Source: a virus. From it: 64,000 nt of DNA. The first letter of the stretch is position 1; every line of letters begins with the position of its first letter. The notes below the pieces were generated by a model, which searched no databases, was not told the origin of the DNA, and saw nothing but the letters and a program-made list of their open reading frames with translations. The position numbers were made by a program, and so were the translations under genes. Location: positions 1-64,000 of the IMG/VR virus record IMGVR_UViG_3300049893_002454; one strand, 5' to 3'. Shown piece by piece: positions 58,974-64,000 of this stretch.

Positions 58974-59721
58974 TTTAGAGAAATCAATGGCACTAGACTT
59001 CATTATTAATGAGTGCCAAAATGCATTGCATACTGATGATGAAGTCTATAATTATCTGTCACGTACTAGATTGTTGACAGATGATATTATACGTAAATTT
59101 CGTTTGGGAGCATTTCCAAGAAATTTAAAGTATATAGTTAATAATGTAGATGCAGAGATACTTAAGCAATTAAAGATTGCTTGGGTTTCACAATACGACG
59201 GTAGTGGTATATGCAAATTTCGCGATCACTACCGCTTCGTTGCTCCTATATATGATGCATATGGTAGAGCGATAGGTCTGATGGGCAGGTATTTAGGTAC
59301 CGAAGCTGAACGCGAAGCATTAGGTATACATAAATATGACAATAGTGATTACCCGAAGCATACCACTCTATACGGTCTCCATTTAGCTAAAGAGCATATT
59401 CGTTTAAAAAATAAAGCCCTTGTTGTTGAGGGAATTCTTGATGTGATCAAATGTCACCAGCACGGCATAGATACTGCCGTAGCTACCGCAGGTGCATTTA
59501 TTAAGCTAGAGCATTTGGCACAGTTAGCACGATATACATCCGATATATATTTGGGGTTTGACAATGATGAAGCTGGCTCTAAAGCTATACAAAGAGCTAT
59601 GGATCTTAAGCGGCCTGGTATCAATCTAATTGAAAAGCGAGTGCCCAAGAAATACAAAGATATTGATGAGTATTTGACTGAAAAATACAATAAACTACAT
59701 ACTTCTAAAATGGATATTTAA
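58966..59721 (+). CDS. dnaG: DnaG primase catalytic core (TOPRIM) lacking the Zn-binding domain
   Basis: YL..R, RFVAPI, GR, KYDNS, LYGL, VVEGILDV, FDNDEAG, KDIDEYL. Confidence 0.88.
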   Translation: MVDLEKSMALDFIINECQNALHTDDEVYNYLSRTRLLTDDIIRKFRLGAFPRNLKYIVNNVDAEILKQLKIAWVSQYDGSGICKFRDHYRFVAPIYDAYGRAIGLMGRYLGTEAEREALGIHKYDNSDYPKHTTLYGLHLAKEHIRLKNKALVVEGILDVIKCHQHGIDTAVATAGAFIKLEHLAQLARYTSDIYLGFDNDEAGSKAIQRAMDLKRPGINLIEKRVPKKYKDIDEYLTEKYNKLHTSKMDI

Positions 59722-59724
59722 TAA

Positions 59725-60228
59725 ATGAGAACCATACGTCAGAGATTCGCTGCAGACTTGGCTGTCCGTGCTCAGATAGAGAGGATAGAGTTATTTAAGG
59801 CGGGCATGCATATATGCACAAAGTACAAAGAGCTCGTTGATGAAATTATCGTTACCCCCCATCACGCAGATGCGATTTTACAAAGAGAAGAAAGTCTTTA
59901 CATAATTTGGCAATACTTCTCTACAATTATAGCAGCAGATACTGCAGGCATATATGGTGACCGTGGAGAGAGCTTAAATTTTATCAACACCCTGTGCCCG
60001 CAGACGATATATATCTATCTTATAGATGCTTATCAAGTCATGCGTACGGTCGCCAAGCACATAATGACATCGAGAGATCATCTATATAAAATAGCGCCCA
60101 TTACTAAGAATACCGTGCACATATATGTTTCTATATTACCAGACATCATGTATAAGTTTACATTTTACAAACTATCTGATGTGGAGTTTGAAAATGGTTC
60201 TGACCGAGCATATAGTTTCAAAATATAA
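59725..60228 (+). CDS. Hypothetical protein, tandem family member 1
   Basis: IIWQYFSTIIAAD...YKFTF. Confidence 0.6.
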   Translation: MRTIRQRFAADLAVRAQIERIELFKAGMHICTKYKELVDEIIVTPHHADAILQREESLYIIWQYFSTIIAADTAGIYGDRGESLNFINTLCPQTIYIYLIDAYQVMRTVAKHIMTSRDHLYKIAPITKNTVHIYVSILPDIMYKFTFYKLSDVEFENGSDRAYSFKI

Positions 60229-60601
60229 GAGCCTTGAGTATGTTTCCCTCTATAACGCTGATGAATGTATTTATGAACTAAAGAGAGAGTCCGATGTTGA
60301 AGTTATATGGGAATACATATATCTATTGATGGCTCTTGATCGTGATAATATTCGAACGACAACTCAACCACTCAACGGAAATTATTGGGAGGTAGCCGGC
60401 TATATACTGGATAGCGGCTGCGCTAAATCTTCCTTTAAAAAGAAGAGTGCATTTAAAATAAAGACAAAATCAAACCTTCATATTTCCCAAATGCCTGAAC
60501 CAGATGAGATATACAAAGTTACGTTTGACTGGATCAATACCATATCTATAGTATCCCACATAGCCTATGAATACTATAGTGTATTTGAATTTACTATTTA
60601 A
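60194..60601 (+). CDS. Hypothetical protein, tandem family member 2
   Basis: GGAG SD then ATG at 60194; VIWEYIYLLMALD...GNY...VFEF. Confidence 0.6.
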   Translation: MVLTEHIVSKYKSLEYVSLYNADECIYELKRESDVEVIWEYIYLLMALDRDNIRTTTQPLNGNYWEVAGYILDSGCAKSSFKKKSAFKIKTKSNLHISQMPEPDEIYKVTFDWINTISIVSHIAYEYYSVFEFTI

Positions 60602-60621
60602 ATAAATAAGAGTAGAATAAT

Positions 60622-61041
60622 ATGACTCCATATTTAGATGCAGATTACAGAAGTATTATAGACACTTTAATTACTAATCCTAACGAGTCATTCTTTATAC
60701 TGTATGCACCAGATAATGTTAAAGTTTTTTGGAGAAATTTTGCAAGACTTATCTCTTCAGATATTTGTCAAGCAGATAGTATATATGGAAATTATAGTGT
60801 GTTTAAAGACACTTTTGCGAGCGATAGATGTCCAGAATCATTAATCACTAACTTAGTTAGCTCGAATGTGCTCGGCCACATGGATCGTTATAGTCTTACA
60901 CTTCAGCCTGATTATAAGCACAAATATAGAATTACAGTAACGTCACCCAGCACAATGGATGTCGTCGTACACCTATATGGCCTTACCTATTATAAATTCA
61001 GTTTTAAGCAAAAAATCATCACAAATGGTGAGTGGCTATAA
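60622..61041 (+). CDS. Hypothetical protein, tandem family member 3
   Basis: VFWRNFARLISSD...YGNY...RC...YKFSF. Confidence 0.6.
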   Translation: MTPYLDADYRSIIDTLITNPNESFFILYAPDNVKVFWRNFARLISSDICQADSIYGNYSVFKDTFASDRCPESLITNLVSSNVLGHMDRYSLTLQPDYKHKYRITVTSPSTMDVVVHLYGLTYYKFSFKQKIITNGEWL

Positions 61042-61052
61042 AGGTATAATTT

Positions 61053-61448
61053 ATGAGCAACTATATCGTCAAAGAATATCAGAGAATTGTCAAACGTATC
61101 ATTAATGAGCCCGCTAGAGTATATAATATTCTCTCTTTTGACTATAATATCTACTCATTATGGCGATACACTGTTATGTTAGTGACCTTAGATCAGACTA
61201 ATGAGCGATATGATTATGGCAACTATTTGCGCTGGCCAGGCAATCTTCGAGAAAATAGATGTGCGGAGTCTTCGTGCAATATGCCAACTAGTATTCGCAT
61301 AATAACATCCGATCAAGTATACGATTCCATGATCTTGCCTTTACCTGAGCACCAATACATGATTACGACTAAAGCTGATGGAAGAGTGGATGTCGTGCTT
61401 AGATTGAATAATAATGTTTGGTGTAAATTCGTGGTTGAGGCTAGGTGA
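61053..61448 (+). CDS. Hypothetical protein, tandem family member 4
   Basis: SLWRYTVMLVTLD...YGNY...RC...CKFVV. Confidence 0.6.
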   Translation: MSNYIVKEYQRIVKRIINEPARVYNILSFDYNIYSLWRYTVMLVTLDQTNERYDYGNYLRWPGNLRENRCAESSCNMPTSIRIITSDQVYDSMILPLPEHQYMITTKADGRVDVVLRLNNNVWCKFVVEAR

Positions 61449-61559
61449 ATTTTGTATGGTGTCTAATTCAGCGAAATATAGTCATATTGATTATATCTAG
61501 CTATATCGGGACGTATAGTGTAAGTACAGTAGGGTTCAAATGAAGTTGGCGAGGTATAG

Positions 61560-62594
61560 ATGGCGAACAACGATGCTACTGAGCAAAATCGTCTTAGAGG
61601 CGAATTATATAATAGATATAATCGAGGTATCAATAATATAAAGCAAGATATCTCTGACGGGTATCATGATCATAGATTCATATCTAGATTTATAGGCAAG
61701 TACCACACATATAGCGATAGAGGACTCTGTTTCTCAGAGGGTTTGGGCCGTATGACATGGGGTCATGTGATCGGCTTCTTTGCAAATAAAACTCAATATG
61801 CTTGGTCTAGAGAGATGGAGGGGAGCAGAAGCAAGTACGAATCTAGGGTTGGCAATATTTTAGCAAATAATATTAAAGCCTTGAAAAGCGCTGATATAAC
61901 TGATATATTTGAGTTATTCTTGTATCTATATGCTCATAACGATACTAATCTTTTGTCATTTGCGCAAACACATATAGCTTTGAGTAGAAATTTAGAGGAG
62001 TGTTACGGCGTCAGTCATAATATAGTGGCGCCTGACGGAACCAGCATTATACCAGAGGAGGGTTATTCTGCTGATGAGATAGCAACTATATGCAAGGCGC
62101 TTCGTTCTGACGCTAGAGGGCGTTATAAAAATATTTATAGCGCCACTGTATTATCGCCAACAGACGGGACGGGGACTTTTCCAATTCCCGCAGTTGGTTA
62201 TTCTATAGTTCCACTCATTGGTGTTGATGGATCTGCGATATTCTTACCCTGGAAAAAAGATAGATGTATACTATTAGAGTGTCATAAGGATAGCCTGCCC
62301 GAAGATCACAAGCCGCATATATACCGAAGGCCTATAGATCCAAAAGACCTGTTTCCATATATATTATCTGATGAATGTAATATCTACAATCCAGATGATT
62401 ACGATTTTGTGCGCACCACATTGTATTATCGTACTGAAGAAAATTGCATAATGTGTTGGTTCTCCAGTAAAGCATTATTAGACATTAGTAAGCAGTGTTT
62501 TACCCGACGTATAATCAATTGGTGGAAGTACCAGAAATTTAAATTCCGAGCAAGAATTAATAGATGTAGGCTTGCACGCATAGGTCTTGAGTGA
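61560..62594 (+). CDS. Hypothetical protein
   Basis: 344-aa ORF with GAGG SD. Confidence 0.7.
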   Translation: MANNDATEQNRLRGELYNRYNRGINNIKQDISDGYHDHRFISRFIGKYHTYSDRGLCFSEGLGRMTWGHVIGFFANKTQYAWSREMEGSRSKYESRVGNILANNIKALKSADITDIFELFLYLYAHNDTNLLSFAQTHIALSRNLEECYGVSHNIVAPDGTSIIPEEGYSADEIATICKALRSDARGRYKNIYSATVLSPTDGTGTFPIPAVGYSIVPLIGVDGSAIFLPWKKDRCILLECHKDSLPEDHKPHIYRRPIDPKDLFPYILSDECNIYNPDDYDFVRTTLYYRTEENCIMCWFSSKALLDISKQCFTRRIINWWKYQKFKFRARINRCRLARIGLE

Positions 62595-62765
62595 ACTTTA
62601 CTACAATAGCTACGGAGCGTACCAATAAGATTACAGCGCTACACCTTAATATACTACATGGCAAGCTGAGCTATCTAATCCCACTATCTCCATATACTGT
62701 ATATAAATAATATACGGATTTTTCTATATCCGGAAGCAATAGCCATTGCCCTGGTAGTAGAATAT

Positions 62766-63206
62766 ATGGAGATTTGTATGGCATCTAAAAGTGACCCGAT
62801 ACAGTTTAAATATCGCGAAATGAGCCTCGAGCCATCGCTATTGGGCAATTTCTGCGAATCTGATGGGCTTTACAGTACTGACTATCAAAAAACCGATGAA
62901 TTATTAGATCTTGTGGATGAGTTGAATGAACGGATCCGCGAGATTATAACCGTTCGTCTAACTGACCGGCAGCGGGAAGTAATGGAGCTGCTATATTATC
63001 ATGGACTCACACAGACCGAAGTCGCACTTAGACTTGGGTTGTGTCAGCCTACCATACACAAGACCACATCTGGCAACCTTGACTATAAAAATGGTGGTAA
63101 GAGATATGGCGGGGCACTGAAGAAGATTAAAAAAATCTGTGATGAGGATGAACGTATTAGCTTTATTATGAAACGTATAACCGAAATTAAGACAGGAAGT
63201 ATATGA
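62766..63206 (+). CDS. Sigma-70 region 4-like HTH protein
   Basis: LTDRQREVMELLYYHGLTQTEVALRLGLCQPTIHK. Confidence 0.75.
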   Translation: MEICMASKSDPIQFKYREMSLEPSLLGNFCESDGLYSTDYQKTDELLDLVDELNERIREIITVRLTDRQREVMELLYYHGLTQTEVALRLGLCQPTIHKTTSGNLDYKNGGKRYGGALKKIKKICDEDERISFIMKRITEIKTGSI

Positions 63207-63346
63207 AGAAGACTGGGATTACTGTTAAGGTATATGAGCGCACCAAGCAAGTTGCAGAGGATGGTTTTAGTCAGGCTAGAGTAGTATTGTGTTGTCAGGG
63301 TAAGGCTCATACCCATGGCGGTTTAGGATGGAAGTATTTGACCTAA
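63203..63346 (+). CDS. Stand-alone NUMOD1/IENR1-like HTH peptide (47 aa), not in the ORF track
   Basis: MKKTGITVKVYERTKQVAEDGFSQARVVLCCQGKAHTHGGLGWKYLT; ATGA overlap with the upstream gene. Confidence 0.6.
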   Translation: MKKTGITVKVYERTKQVAEDGFSQARVVLCCQGKAHTHGGLGWKYLT

Positions 63347-63356
63347 GGAGTATTGT

Positions 63357-63947
63357 ATGAAATATACAGAAGAAAGCATTAGTTTAGAACTAGAGAAACT
63401 AAATAAAGAAATGCATTCACTTAATAGTGAAATTGAAAAAATGCGATACACAAGTCTACCATCCGAGGTTGAGCCTGGTACTTGGTATAAAATAAAGTTA
63501 CCAGAAGGGGAGTTTCTACGAAGAGCTGGGGAACATTTGCAACAATATGCTGAGCTAAAGCGCGACAGGAGAGCCCTAGAGTATATGCTCAGAGAGTTGC
63601 GTGATGAGGAGAAGAGGCGTAAAAATATAGTCCCCAAGGAAAAGAATTCAGATGACTATAGCTTTAATCTAGATTTCGAATCACTCGCATCCCGCAGAGC
63701 TGCCCGTTTGTTAAAAATTGCCGCTTGTGCGTGTGATGAAATGGGCGCTGAAGATCACGAAGATGAAGATTATATGTCTCATCAGAACGCGACCGCTATA
63801 CTAGAGCAAGCGATTTTTATTGCAAAAACAATATCTGAACATACCGGAGAGGGCCATAAGTTGGATGACTGGTTGGAAGATAAGATTTCCAAGGTGGCCG
63901 ACGACATGGATGAAATTTTTAAGTACTTAAAGCATGGTAAAGATTAA
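63357..63947 (+). CDS. Hypothetical protein with LDDWLEDKISKVADDMDEIFKYL C-terminal motif
   Basis: AAGGAG SD; the motif recalls large-phage hypothetical proteins (from memory, not searched). Confidence 0.6.
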   Translation: MKYTEESISLELEKLNKEMHSLNSEIEKMRYTSLPSEVEPGTWYKIKLPEGEFLRRAGEHLQQYAELKRDRRALEYMLRELRDEEKRRKNIVPKEKNSDDYSFNLDFESLASRRAARLLKIAACACDEMGAEDHEDEDYMSHQNATAILEQAIFIAKTISEHTGEGHKLDDWLEDKISKVADDMDEIFKYLKHGKD

Positions 63948-64000
63948 TTGTACGAACTGATAATATTAAGTATCTATCAATAACCAACTAGATACTTTGA

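Noticed and set aside
62595-62765. tRNA or ncRNA in intergenic gaps (also 37796..37946)
   Set aside because: No cloverleaf or convincing conserved structure is visible.
1397-63637. Other short minus-strand and nested ORFs in the track
   Set aside because: They lie almost wholly within well-supported plus-strand genes and show no recognisable motifs.
1-64000. Stop-codon reassignment (TAG or TGA recoding)
   Set aside because: Conserved genes are intact under code 11, and TAA, TAG and TGA all end genes at expected positions.

Overview
This is a dense, almost entirely + strand region with many ATGA stop/start overlaps. It most likely comes from a jumbo (huge) bacteriophage genome. That call is an inference from the gp32-like SSB, orphan bS21, orphan groEL/clpP/tig, inteins and many ORFans; no capsid, terminase or tail genes are visible in the window. 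From left to right: (1) the 3' part of a 69-bp tandem-repeat protein gene running in from the window edge; (2) a ~21 kb glycosylation and nucleotide-sugar island with about ten glycosyltransferase-like genes, gmd, wecB, a ugd-like gene, rmlC/rmlD-like genes, methyltransferases and an lhgO-like gene; (3) inside that island, three translationally coupled Ser-every-third-residue micropeptide ORFs with a conserved leader and an RGGR tail; (4) host-like proteostasis and metabolism genes (iscA x2, def, groEL, iscS, guaB-like, NUDIX, rpsU, clpP, tig, dnaJ); (5) a replication/recombination module with a stand-alone primase Zn finger, SbcCD, a Cas4/RecB-like nuclease carrying a Gly-starting class-3-type intein, a sigma factor, DnaE with an intein, SSB, RuvC, RecA and a Zn-finger-less DnaG core; (6) tandem paralog arrays of unknown genes. 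No rRNA, tRNA or CRISPR array was found by eye. All family calls are motif recognition without database searches.
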